In this document: one piece after another, positions 24,401 to 55,000 of the stretch | Position numbering within the stretch: position 1 is the first letter of the stretch | How the letters are laid out: the number at the start of each line of letters is the position of its first letter | Source: Tubiluchus corallicola | Taxonomy: Eukaryota; Animalia; Priapulida | NCBI GenBank assembly: GCA_030141605.1 | Contig: JAQGDQ010000255.1 | Span: forward strand, 259,787-323,786 | DNA length: 64,000 nt | Direction of reading: 5' to 3' | The notes under the pieces: generated by a model | The model's input: the letters and a program-made list of their open reading frames with translations, nothing else | Told to the model about the DNA's origin: nothing | The model's database searches: none | Position numbers and translations under genes: made by a program

Positions 24401-25879
24401 CTCTTGTTTTTATTCTTGTTTCATGGACTTAAATGTCTGAAATAAAATGGATAAAATTCTTGAAGCAAATGGAGAGAAAAACAAGAAAAAATCGGGACTA
24501 AGTGTAAATTTGCACCAGGGGCTTTTTGCCTGAAAGGCCAACGCATAATTAACGTTACAGTTAATTAAATTGTTGAAAGGTTAATGCTAAACGGATTATT
24601 TTCATGTCAAATGTTACATTTCAACAACATCCGCGTTGGTCTATGAATGACGTCATAAGTGTAGTCGCCACCATGCCAGGGATATTATTTCAGGAATGGT
24701 TGGCTTACATTTCAGCCAGCAGCTGCCAGATTCTTAGTACTGGGCGAAAGACTAGTCTACTGCATTCCGACATGCGGATTTATTAGGGGAGGTATCAGTG
24801 AAACCCAAACTATTTCAACTTGACTTTATTTATCTGTAATAGATTTAGGCGACATCATAGTACCAGAAGCTTCTGTAGCAGTGTCGCTAAAGTTTCTAAA
24901 GTTTTTAAAACTAGGTCATCGTTTTACATGCTTACGGAACGGCTTCTGGGTTTTTCTCTTGTGCACGCCCTTTGCTTTTCCGCCGTGCGCTTGGCCTCTT
25001 GACTTATAAAAATAGCACCAGATCGTGTGCTTCGCAAGCCTCCCGCATATGGGTACACTAATGCCATCTTCTCGAAGACTGAATGGTTTTCGGTCTTATG
25101 AACTGCCTGAACTGAGCCAACACTGTGTATTATAAATAATACCGTTTTATTCTATTGTTTATAGAATTGTCCGCACCTTTATTGTAATGTCTATGCTGCT
25201 GTCCGAGAAAATTTTGTTAGCTTTCATGTTTAAGCTTTAGTAATATTAAAATTTAAACTATTACACACATACTGGCCATTATCTTGTTAAATGAGAAATC
25301 TTGGCAAAACTAGCAAAAGGTTTCAAATCGGGAAATATTAGCTAATGGCAGTAGATGGCGATACTGACGGTTCTAAACCCTACCATTAATATTGCATTAT
25401 TTATAGTGAATTTAGTGAAGCCATTTTGAAAGTTCATTGATAAGGAAACAGCAGCTATTGTTGTTCTAAACAATGTTATTTTCGTTGTTATATTAGCTAC
25501 TTTCTGCTTAGTAAAATTTAAAAAAGTTACTTTGGCCTATGCTCTAGTTAGCTTTACGATCTCATTTTTTGTCTTCTCGGCGTATTAAATAAAATGCACA
25601 AAACATGCGTTATGATTAACTGGTGTTTTCTGAAAAAAGTCAGCCTTTGTGATGCATCTAATTGCGATAAATAGCTAAGTGATATAGAAATGGGAACTGT
25701 AATGAGCGAATGTAAGAAAAATGCCATTTCTAATGTTGAAATTTTGTGGAAATGACGTAAGATACCTGTAAGGCTCTCTTCTCTGCCTCCTTCTTGGCAG
25801 CATCGCAGTCGTCTGCCCTGTCCAAGGCATTCTCCCTCTCAAGCTTCATAGCTTGTAACTTCTTCTTAATGGCTTCCAT
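9365..25879 (-). CDS. TPM: Tropomyosin gene, alternatively spliced (284-aa long and 248-aa short isoforms)
   Basis: Exon sizes 114/126/132/134/118/71/76/63/70/83 nt match the canonical bilaterian tropomyosin structure and sum to 284 aa. Hallmark peptides [66 protein letters not shown]. Confidence 0.98.
11084..11166 (-). CDS. TPM: Tropomyosin proximal terminal exon 9 (likely non-muscle type)
   Basis: 83 nt to TGA, phase 1; [27 protein letters not shown]; completes 284 aa. Confidence 0.9.
12618..12687 (-). CDS. TPM: Tropomyosin exon 8
   Basis: 70 nt; [23 protein letters not shown]. Confidence 0.97.
12969..13031 (-). CDS. TPM: Tropomyosin exon 7
   Basis: 63 nt; [21 protein letters not shown]. 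Confidence 0.96.
13273..13348 (-). CDS. TPM: Tropomyosin exon 6
   Basis: 76 nt; [25 protein letters not shown]. Confidence 0.97.
15055..15125 (-). CDS. TPM: Tropomyosin exon 5 copy B
   Basis: 71 nt, TAG/GTGAGT; [24 protein letters not shown]. Confidence 0.92.
15185..15255 (-). CDS. TPM: Tropomyosin exon 5 copy A
   Basis: 71 nt, TAG/GTAAGT; [24 protein letters not shown]. Confidence 0.94.
17772..17889 (-). CDS. TPM: Tropomyosin exon 4 copy E
   Basis: 118 nt, AAG/GTTAG with upstream GACTAAC; [39 protein letters not shown]. Confidence 0.92.
18191..18308 (-). CDS. TPM: Tropomyosin exon 4 copy D
   Basis: 118 nt, TAG/GTGAT; [39 protein letters not shown]. Confidence 0.92.
18691..18808 (-). CDS. 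TPM: Tropomyosin exon 4 copy C
   Basis: 118 nt, TAG/GTGAC; [39 protein letters not shown]. Confidence 0.92.
19025..19142 (-). CDS. TPM: Tropomyosin exon 4 copy B
   Basis: 118 nt, CAG/GTACT; [39 protein letters not shown]. Confidence 0.9.
19233..19350 (-). CDS. TPM: Tropomyosin exon 4 copy A
   Basis: 118 nt, CAG/GTATG; [39 protein letters not shown]. Confidence 0.9.
20474..20607 (-). CDS. TPM: Tropomyosin exon 3
   Basis: [45 protein letters not shown]; 134 nt, AG/GT. Confidence 0.97.
21588..21719 (-). CDS. TPM: Tropomyosin alternative first exon 1b (short isoform, 44 aa)
   Basis: [44 protein letters not shown] then GTAGG donor; phase 0, lies between exons 2 and 3 like canonical 1b. Confidence 0.93.
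22269..22290. promoter_or_regulatory. Tandem AP-1 sites upstream of tropomyosin exon 1b
   Basis: TGACTCA at 22269-22275 and 22284-22290, ~550 bp upstream of the 1b ATG. Confidence 0.4.
22634..22759 (-). CDS. TPM: Tropomyosin exon 2 (aa 39-80)
   Basis: [42 protein letters not shown]; AG/GTAAGT; 126 nt. Confidence 0.96.
25766..25879 (-). CDS. TPM: Tropomyosin exon 1a (aa 1-38)
   Basis: [38 protein letters not shown] then GTATC donor; 114 nt. Confidence 0.96.
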
Positions 25880-25920
25880 TGTCGAAGAGGTTCTCTCAAG
25901 TCAAAACTTCACACAAAAGA

Positions 25921-26298
25921 GAGGAATGCACTGTGCGGCTGGTGTGCACTAAGGGAGCACTGCGACTGTGTGTGCCGCTGGAGGTTCCTTCTTTACTCCT
26001 GGTGTGGCTTCTCGCAGACGGCTGACAGAATCCGCCAATCAGGAACGCGCTCAGCTTCCCAAGCAGCTATAATTAGAAGCGTAGGTGTGAGCTGCAGTAA
26101 GATTTAGTATATTGATAGTACGTCAGGGTCCCTTCGCCATCTCGCTCCTGTATACCCTGAACGATATTGGGACGCATACCTGGAGCACAGTGGTCTCCGA
26201 AGATCTTTGAAATTTGTTATTATGTCTTTTGAGTATAGAAAGAGAATCTGGGAAGAGAATTGCTTTCTGTAATGAAATACCGCCCCTCCCAAATATGG
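25921..26298 (-). promoter_or_regulatory. Putative muscle promoter of tropomyosin exon 1a (CArG, MEF2, MCAT)
   Basis: CCAAATATGG (CArG) 26289-26298, CTATAATTAG (MEF2 consensus) 26067-26076, CATTCCT (MCAT/TEAD, minus strand) ~25922-25928, all within ~420 bp of the ATG. Confidence 0.6.
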
Positions 26299-29158
26299 CT
26301 GTGCTTGTTTACCAATGTCCCATCGACAGAGTGCTTGTAAGATCTTCTGCAATGCTGTAGGCTGTGCGCTAATACGTATGACGCGCTTACTAATAATAAG
26401 ATACCCAGAAATGTGTTTGCAATGTGACGCGTTTACATGGAAAACATTTTACCCATTTGACTTGGAACTGCAGGCTCACATAAACCTTTGAAATTCACAG
26501 CATGGGACAAATGACACCATTTATAAAACTGACCACAATGTACGATGTGTCTGAGAAATTTTGCTTTATAATTTTTTAATTTTTTTAACAAGCGGAGTAA
26601 AATGCTTGAAAACTGGTACAGATAAATTAAAAACTTTGTTCAAATTAAACGAAAATGTGAAAAGAACTACTGCACTAGCAGGCTTAGCTATTTTGCTATC
26701 TTCTTAAAGCACTTGTATTAATGATTAACACATGTATTTCCAATATCAGCAAACATTTCCAGTTAAATGTTTGCACAACAATCTCTATTTATTATTTCGA
26801 GTTCACAGAGGACGATTGAAGGTGTCCTATAATCTTTTCGTATAACTTTTAGCCTGGCTGCAAAAATGCAGGATGCCCCAAACTTTCAAAGGAAAAATTC
26901 TCTTGGATCAGTCCAGTGGCAAACTATCTTGCTTTGACAAAGTCTCTCACAGCTCGCGAGTTGTGAGGAACGGCTTTATTTTTTTCCAAAACTACATTGT
27001 TAACAGTCAAAATATAGCGTGGTCCACATACTGTTTTGAAACGTCAAAGATGTGTCAGTAGATGAAAATTAATATGAGAAATTTAAGTGCATAGTGAAAT
27101 TTGACATAAACTATACATAAAGGGATTTGTCATTGATCTCATAATAAGTAAGAAAGAGGAGAATTGCTGCCTGGTCGATGTATAGGTTTGCTAGACTTGG
27201 TTGGCAAGAGAATGGTTGACCACAAGGAAGATGGCTTCTGGGAAGGTCGCAGTATTGGTTTCATCTGTCGTACTGTTCGTGACTGTTTACTTTGTTGGGT
27301 ATTGCGTGCCGGACTGTACAAAAAATGTGTTCAAGATTGAAATGCAGTGTTCTCCCTGGTGAATACTGTGCAGTGAAAATATGCTAATACGCAGACATTG
27401 AAATGTAAAAAAAAACAAGATATATTATAGCAAATAAAAGTGGCGTTAGCAAATATAACATTATAATATTTTTACGTGGCTGTGACGTCATAATGCAGAA
27501 GTCCAGGTTCGTTTTGGACAAAAGATTATTATTCAAAGCTTTCCAACCTGATAAACTTTGATTACTCATCTTAACGATGCAGATTTTCATTAGTTAGTGC
27601 ATTATAATCGTTTATTAATTTACTTAGTACTCAATCACAGTTAATATCGATTTGATGAGAGCATTTCAACAAATATTTTTCTGCATTGTTCTTAAGAAAC
27701 ACCCTGTACAACACTGCATTGTTAGTTGTAAAGTGCATAAATGATTATTTGTTCAAAATATAGATGCATAAACGCATAAAAAGTAACCGTGGTTCCAGTA
27801 AGATACGTCTCTTATTTTAATAACACCCGACTATGATTTAACGAATTTTGATTAATTATTTTCTCAGATGCAACACGTGCAACTTCATTAATTTTCCGCA
27901 CCTTGCACGATTACAAAAATATGTTTCTGGGTTCAATCAGTTTAATATCTATTTATTGATCTTTTCCGCTGGATGACATAACAAACTAGGCAGCCTATCG
28001 ACTGTATGGCATTAATAGAGCAGGAGAAGAAAAAAAATCCTGTACACTTGGCTTCGGCGGGAAGCCACAGAGCCACGCGACTCGTTCACGATCGCGTTAC
28101 CAGCATCGCTAAACTTAGCATTTGGAGTACAGAGCTCATAAATAGAAGGTTTGGTCGGAGTAGAACACATGTTATATACGTCTTTGAACAGGGACCGTAT
28201 AGCAAGCAGAACGAATGCCTCATGTTCTCACGAAGTCTCAGTGGACCCCTTACTTTCGTTAAAAATAAAATTAATGAATTAAAAATTGCCAGTTAGTAGT
28301 TATTCTGTGGTTCTACCACTAGGTGTGGCCATTTAAAACTTCGTGAACATTCTTGTCTTGGGACACGTTTCTCAATTACTATCAAAGAGTTTTCTTCTAA
28401 ACATAATTTATTCAGACGACTCGCTAATTTTTGCAAGCATATAGAGCTACAATGGAAATCCGAATTAAATTTAAAATTTTCACAATTTCCCGCTCAGTTT
28501 GGGCGTTTTTATAGCAGACTAAGCGCAGCCACTCAATGCGCGTCGAATTTGCAACGATCAAATAAAATAAAATCAAATTTTATCTAATGTCTGGTTTGAC
28601 ATGAACCTAAAAACATAAAAAGCATGTCTCCTAAGAGATATTAAGCCGACTCATGTAGCAAAACTAATATTAAATAGTGCTTAAGTGATAAAAAAGCTTT
28701 ACAAGTATACAGCTATTATAACAAAATAAGTTGGACCGTATAGCATATAAAATCATATATAAAATGCTAACTTAAATGCTACGATCAACATAATGGATGC
28801 CTGTAATTAATCAAATTAAAATCACCTTTCCCAAGGAGCTTACAGTTTAAAAGTAACAATGCAATAAGAACTATAAAACTATCCATTTCTGCGCCATGCG
28901 GTATATTAATTTATTTCACGTTCGTCATCTTTTCGATAACATCGTTTAAGACCAAACATCAAGACGAAGCCGAGATCACTTATCTAGGTGCTCAGTGGTT
29001 ACATTTGCTAGTAAAGTTGTTCTGTAATTATTAATACCTGGAAAAGTTGCAATAAGCGAAAAATGTCAGTTTAACTACAATTACTACATGTAGATAAGTT
29101 TGAGTTTAATTGATGAAATCCTCTTACAAGTTTCTAGGGTTTGTATGCGCTCAAAATC

Positions 29159-29307
29159 GTCACTCACATGTGTTTCCAGGGCACGCCCGTCTTTCTATGT
29201 GCTCAAAATGCCCTAAATTTAAATTCAAATTTTGACTTTGAATTTGAATTTAGGGCATTTCGAGCACATCGAAAGACGGGCGTGCCCTGGAAACACACGT
29301 GAGTGAC
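29159..29307. repeat. Long near-perfect inverted repeat (71-bp arms, 7-nt loop)
   Basis: 29159-29229 is the reverse complement of 29237-29307 with 4 mismatches by manual comparison. Confidence 0.95.
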
Positions 29308-30976
29308 AGTTCTGTGCTAAACTGGGTATAAGAACCACGTTTAAAATTAAAATTAGACGGTTTACTATGCCACCCCAGACTCGCGTGACAGTTAATTTTT
29401 GCTCACAGACAAAAAACTAAATAAACACCGAAATCGAGCCAAAAAGACTGTTTATTTTATAAGTCAACGTTTTATTTCATGCTGTGCTGATTGTATTTAC
29501 AAAACACCAATTCAAAAAATCAATTCGCTACAATCGTCTTTTGAAAACAAAATAATTACGGAGCTGAATATTTTTCGTAATTTATTATTTTTGTTCGCAA
29601 AAGTCTTTAAGTAGCTTATGTGGGACGTAAATGTACGTTTTTGCTATATTTAATTTTCTTCCATGTTTCTAAACATTCTTTCAATTTTGTCACACGAGTG
29701 TGACATGGCTATTTAGCTATTGTTGGTACATTTTTTGTGTTTTTTGTCAAACTTCTCTAAAACCTTAATATAAAGCAGTAGCAGGCACAAAAACCACTGT
29801 TAACTAAAAAGTTGCCAAAAGTTTGCACCACTTTGTTGTTTATCTGTGTTATGGTGATTTTAGTCGAAAATGTGTCATAATGTAGTGTACCGTAGCTATC
29901 ACAATTAAATTATAATGGCATTTGTAGAAATAAATGCATTTTAGCAATTCGAGAAATTTGGTTTAAATACGTACACGAGATATCTTTTTTGCGTTTTACA
30001 CTTTATCTGTTAACATGATACTGATTTTCCTACAACTACCACATTATTGTCGCCACCCTATTGCTATATGTATACATAAACATAATTTACACATCCAGTG
30101 CACATATATACAGATTAATATAAACAACATACAGGTCTCTTATAATTGTAAACTGATGACAGTTATACAAAATGCGTATTTTACAATGTTTGCTAAATTT
30201 CAATCAATTTATTGTTTAGGCCTCCCTGTAAGATCACTTGGATATATTAGATTACAAATCTATACTAGTTTACAATCTAACAATAATAAGAAAGTTTCGT
30301 TTAAGGCTTGTTCACATATACGTGTCAGCGACGGAGTAATACGTTGCACCCATTTATCTCAATAGTTTTGCATCACTTTGTTCATATGGGGCTGACTTTA
30401 GTCAAAAGTGTGTCATAATGAGGAGTGCCATAATTAGCATTATAAAGCTGTAACAGTATTAGAGTCGTATATGTAGAAATCATGTATTCTTGCAACACTT
30501 TAAGCAAGTGCCATGTTTCTCTAACATCTCAGTTAACGCTTAAGACATACAAATAATATTTTACAAAATCAATTGAATGCATTTTTTGCAACGCACTTTA
30601 CACGCCATGTTCCTGCGCAAACCACAGCACTAATGACAAGAAACCACAGTGAAAATAAATTTTATAAAAAATGAAAGACTTGCTTGAGCACAACCATACT
30701 AAGTTGCATTTATAAACGTAGGACTGATAATATTAATAAACAATAAACTTCATTGTAGGAACTCCTCCCTTTTAAACTTTTTGCAGTAGCAGAACGCAAG
30801 AATTAAAATTTTAATGGCCTATTATAAAAATAGCTACGCTATTCGTTTCTTCGCTTTTCCAGAAAAAGCTAATCAATATCTAAAGTAGTAAACCTAAGGT
30901 AATTCTAACGTTATAGCAAAATTTTGAGAAGTAAAAACTGTGGTAGAAGGGGTTAAACTAAACGACTAGGCCACTT

Positions 30977-49011
<18,035 letters not shown>

Positions 49012-52000
49012 GTTAGTGTGGCAGACACAGTCAGGCCGTGCAGGTTATTGCAATGGTACGGGCTGCCCTGAAAAAAATCGATAATCGATGTCTGGATGCC
49101 GTCTGAATGGTTGAGTCATGCTGAACTGGGCTACGCGTTTGAAATAGAAAGTGGGTAGAGATATGTTATCACCGCGGAGTGGGAAACCTATAATTATAAC
49201 ACTGTAGGGTGAAGCTAGCCTTATATTGTACTCACAAATGTTGTAGGCAGGTATCACAGTTTGTAAAGAATGGTTCATAAACTGTTGCCGTCCGTGCATT
49301 AGAAGTTGTGAAGACAAAAACACGTCATTTATTTACCAGTTAAGATTAAGGCGTGTAGTTATTGTGTAACTTACATTTACAACAACAATATAGATAAGAA
49401 CTTATTGCATAAACAGTGTGTAATATTTGGGACATTTGTAATCGCAGGAATCGAACCAGTGACCTGCAGTTTACACAGATCGTTAAAACCGTGTACGTAT
49501 ACATAACTTTTAAATTTCATATTAAATTCATAACGCGCGTTTGTACATTTGAATGTAGTTCCTATGCACTTTTTTAAACCTTTGTATGGCGTTTTTATGC
49601 GTTAAAACAAAAGAATAAATTAAAAAATGAACGAAAGACCATTCGGTTCGAACCTGGACCAGGACTTGCAATTATTGATTTTATACATGCACAGAGACCT
49701 CTGCGCTCCGTAGCGTAAGTTTGCATTCTTGACAAGTTCGCTTCTCAAAACCTTGTAAGTTAAACAATACAGGCTTACAAGTAAAGAAATCTTGCTACTA
49801 TAATGTTTTTACTTTGATTCACATTTGCCAACGTATACTGCTCTGTTTAACTTTAACTGTATACTTGGTAATGTGCAGTAAGAATTACTTGAACTTGGAA
49901 TTGCTGGGGAAAGAAAGGCCAATGCAGCCGAGTCGTGTAGTTGTTTTAGTGCATATAGACAACAGAAAATGAAAATTGTTTCCAACTGGTGGGAACCGAT
50001 TAATAGTACTTCGTACGTAATTTTTCACAAAATACGTTTTATATTGTATATACTATAAGTATAGACTAATTCATTTTTAAAGTTGCGTGTTTAGGTAATT
50101 TCTATAAAAAGCGAAGTGACACCAATACTGTCCGCCACAGCCTTTAGTTTACCTTTTATGGAAATGACTGAATTTTGTTTTTTTTATATCGGCACTTTTT
50201 GTACCGTCAAAAGACAACTTTTACTTTTTCTTAAATGATTAGATGGCCAACTGATTTCATGCCAACACAATTTTTCTAATAAGTCTTTTTATTTCCGGTA
50301 AAATTAATAACCAGGAGTGGATTAAAAGGTTACATTGACAAAGATCAATTCCGTCACGTTTGCAGCGCTACAGTTTTTCTATAACTTGTTTTATTACCAC
50401 AATAAAATTATTTATGACAGTTTTACAGTGATTTACCGAATAACCATCTAGTGCGGTAGGTATGAACAAGCCGGAAAAATTAGAAATTCAGTTAAAAAGT
50501 AAGATATAGTAACTCTTTAACCTTTACTGTGTCGTTTATTTTGATCTGTGTTTGCGTTTAGTCAGCACCACGTAGTGACACTGCGGCAGAAAATGTACGT
50601 GTTTTTTATAATGGCAAAAAAGCAAAGGTGATTAGTACGACTTGTCTATGCAACCCAGCATTAGTTTAGTTTAGTTCGTTCTGTTTGTCATAACAAAGTA
50701 ATATACAAATATTGTGTAATAATTGCAGAATTAAAACGAAAACAAGCATGTCAATAATAAACTTGATTAATAAATTATTGGGGCAGTCCAAGAAGAAAAC
50801 TTGTACAGTTCCGCGCCAAACAGAAAAGAAAAGTGAAGATGCAAGAATAAAAGGTGATTTATGGGAAGAAGAGAAGTATGAAAAGTGAAAGGTCATGAAG
50901 ATGTAATATGAAAATAAGAATAAAAAGTAAATTCACATGAGAATGACAAGAGGATACAATAAACATAAATAAATCAGCAAACGTAATCGTAAATGGGGAG
51001 AAGAATCAGTAGCTTACTAAAATTCTGTTACTTCTTCTTGTTATGGAGTGTAGTCCCTTTTCTTCTTCTGTGAGTATAATTGAAACATCAAAATGCCAGT
51101 TTCAGTTTAGAAGCATTGCTTATTAAAAGCTACTGCACAAAAAAGTTTAGCAAAAAAACATCAAATGAAAATCTGTTCAGTCAATACTGCAACAAATAAC
51201 CACAAATACGCAGGAATTTGTCCAATTCTTAAACCTGAATTGTTTTTTAAGTCATTAGAGAACTAACCACTGTATAAGCAGCACATTAGAATTTACAAAA
51301 ATGCTTAGATCTCCTGCCATGATTATATCCGTGAACTAATCCATTACCTTTAAGCCAGCTGGCAAGGCATATTTCTATTTTGTTCCCTGCTTTACACAAC
51401 TTTATAAATTATTCCAGAAATATCTTTTGGACATTTTTTAAGTTTTAGTGCATTTTTGTGTTATAGAGTGAGAAAATACAGTAAGGTAAAACGGGCTAAT
51501 GACATACACCTGCCAATGTCGGACAATGAGCCTCAGAGTTTACTGGACATAGCAATATAATGTGTAAACTGTTTTCCTCCGCAGTATTAATACAAGCAAG
51601 GAAACAGCAGTGTTTCCTAACTTTGTTATTTTTAGTAAACTCATTGTCCGACATTATCTTGTGTACAACATTAACCCACTTTACCAACTGTGATGGCAAT
51701 TGTTTAGCATTGAAACTGTGTTTACGATTCCCTAGTACAACGTTTATTAACGCAGCACAACAGCACAACAAAGAATAGTAACATTACTGGTTAATATACA
51801 GCAAAACATTTACACTTTACCTGATATACTTTTAATGAATTAATCCAGAACCTTTGAATTTAGACTTTCTGCTTTGACCACTGTCACTGTTAAGTAGTAC
51901 ACGTTGTTTAACAAGCGCCATTATTAAATTCATAATAGCTTCATCCGGCATAGATTGTTTAACGAAAACAGTTTGTAGGCGAAACGATTACTCACGGCAT

Positions 52001-55000
52001 AGCTATTGCTTATTAAATCTACTCTTACACCTGGTCCCTTTACCTGCACAGGTAAATCAAGGTGCATTTCTTGACAGTGGCAGACAAACCCCGCCTCCGG
52101 GTTTAAAGTAAACAGAGAGAGTATTGACACGATCATAGCTCGAAAACCCTCGATGCGGCTCTATCAACTGAATTCAACTGAAATCTTTGATTCAGTATTA
52201 ATCAGCAAATAGAACATGTTTTCGGACAGAAATCTTGTTTATTAATAATTATCCTTGGTTGTCCTATGTTAAGAGTCCTATAACGATTTACTGAGAAGTG
52301 TTAACAAGCCAAAGACGTGCATGATAAAATACCAACTGCATGCCAACGCCCTAAAATGGATCATTAAATGATTAATAACTTGACCAACCCACTTTTAGCT
52401 ATTATGATCAACCGGTTCAATTAGAAAATTTTTCACATTTTTCATGCACGTTCTGCTTCTCCAGAAACGTTTCTCCACACAGAACATGCTCTTCTTCTCC
52501 TAAAAGGTGAAAGTGAATAACAATTTGCACTTTTTATAATAAATACGGGAATTCATCTTTTTACAGAAACAGTAGAAATACTGTACTGTGTGTTAGCCTT
52601 GATCATGTTTTGTTTTGACTTGTCTTGCCTTCTCTATCCAGTCCTGTCCTATTTTGACTTGCCTTGTTTTATTTTATCTTATCTTATCTTACACAAGGGC
52701 TATAACCTTTCGATTACGTTAAACTTATAAATTAACATACTTAGCTAAAATAGCTTCTTTTTAAGTTAAATAACAACTTTAGTAGTCAGTAAATTGACAA
52801 AAAGCTTGGCATAATGGAATGCTAACTTATACTGTAGTACATCGTAAAAATGACATACATTACAATTAACTAATAGCAGCATATTGTATGGAATGTAATT
52901 GTGGTGGCGCCATCGTTGGGTAAGAAACATGAAACATTATAAGCCTTTAAAACAGTGATTATATACACTGCCTTTCAATACATTGAGTGGATTTTCTAGC
53001 GCCCGAAAATCAATACTTTCTTTTGCTTTCAATTCTTTTTTGACATCACTGATTGGTTGTTGCTTATTTCGTGTCTTGCGCAAGCGCAGCATGTAAACCG
53101 GTTACATTAGACTGCATGTAACTGAGCTGAGTATGGAAAGTGGTGATACACTCCTCTACTATTTTTAAGACCATTTACATCATTTATGTCGCCTTGTTAT
53201 TGTTTTTTACAAAAATATAAAGGTAAAATGTTTAGTGACACACAAAATAGTATCAACTTACCTTTATGATGTTGAAAGAGAAGCTTAGAGAGCTCAGTTT
53301 CTCCTCGCTGACCTAAAATGTTGTTCAAGATGACAGTTTTACCCCAGGGTTGTACATCATGGTTTGATAAATGAAACTAGGGAACAGTTTACAAGAATAC
53401 GCCCATTTATAGCAGAAATGTAATGCCTTCAAAATATAAATTTTCGATTTATGTTAGGCAGACTACTTTGATAACCGTGTTTGCGGTTTTGTTGAAATGT
53501 GCACTTTGCAATACAGCAGCATCGGTAACAGCATGAGCAGCGGCGGCAGCGGCAGCAACAGCAGTAGCGGCAGCACGAGCAGCAGCGAAACTAGCATAAA
53601 AATACGGAAATATTTGAACCGTTACAAAATGAATATTTCTTCATTAAAATCAGCAGTCTGTTTTTATAGTCGGTTAATAATCTTACGTTAGAGATTTACA
53701 GCAGCTGTTCATGTAAATTCACATTTGTTTGCATTTGTATCTGTTTTCATCTTTACGACGTCAGAAAATTATTCTGAAGAACGTTGGGCGCTTTGTGTTT
53801 AGACCCTAATCATTAATTACTTAATTTAAAGGACAAACGTCGAAGGAACATTTTATGTATTAATGTATTATTGCACAAATGATATTATAAAATGGTAATG
53901 ATAATATAATCGCTGGAAAAAAATCATTGCAAAAACTAAAATTTTGCTTTACAAAGTAAGTAAGTAACCTAGTTTTAGATCAGCTAACGTGCAATAGAGT
54001 ACGAAGTTGTGAAGTTTTAAGACATAATACAAATCAAGCAGTTAAGATGAATTAACATGCATGGCCATTGCTGATTCATTGAAGCTTTATCATAGATTGT
54101 TGGTAGTTAGCAAAACATTTATTGTGATTGTCGCAATCTGGTACAGGCCTAGTTGTTTTGATTGATGTGAAAAACACACATGTAATTTAACGCACGTTAT
54201 TCCTACCTGTATAAGTGTGTATGACTTTATGTAATATTTATATATGATTTATGTGCCTAGAGTAGTTAATATATACGATTTAAATATGTATCACACAAAA
54301 CGAAAAAAAAACGTACCGAAAACCGTCGTCAAGGGCAAGCTTTCGGCTGTATTTTGAAAAAAGATGTAACCGTAATACATAGAAAGGGGGCTGCGAAGGG
54401 TGGGTCGTACGGCTGAATGTGTCATAGGTACAGTTTTCTTTTCTATTAGATAAAAGCATTGTGTCTACTTGTTGAAACGTCCCTCCCAAACTGTGCTGGA
54501 TTCTTTATTTCACAACTTGAAGCATGTTCCAGGTTGAAGTGCGGTGATGGCTGTAATGACTAACAGCAAGAGTGGATGGTGATTGTTTCTGATGCAGTCT
54601 TGCAGATCCCAAACTTGTTACGAAAAACTAAACGCTTAAAATCAAGGAAAGACCAAGCCTTTTGGGGAATTAGACCTATTTCAACGTTCGTAGAAAACCT
54701 AAAATATACTAATCATATAACAGCAGAGAATGGCCGGACGGAGACAATGGTCATTTAGTCTAGCACCCCTATAGTGAATATGACATTATGTTATTAAATG
54801 TTATTATATAATATATACATCAGTTGTTATTGGTTAGTAGCACATCCAAGTGTTATGCATGCATGACTGGGTTAATCAGTAAAAATGATTTGCAATTTCA
54901 TTGCTGATATACTGAGCAAAGTAATTGAAGTGTCTGGAATACAAAATTTAAAATGATAAATTTGATTTCGTTTGTTTTTTATTTCGATGTTTTTTATTTA

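Noticed and set aside
49443-49475. tRNA B-box-like GGTTCGATTCC on the minus strand (similar near 42660 and 49645)
   Set aside because: No cloverleaf or A-box; at most SINE relics
51496-51771. 91-aa ORF vaguely resembling a hAT transposase segment
   Set aside because: No diagnostic motif such as RW or DDE; resemblance too weak
53298-53312. VSEEK peptide identical to the end of tropomyosin exon 6
   Set aside because: Only 5 aa, 27 kb upstream of the gene, no further similarity; likely coincidence
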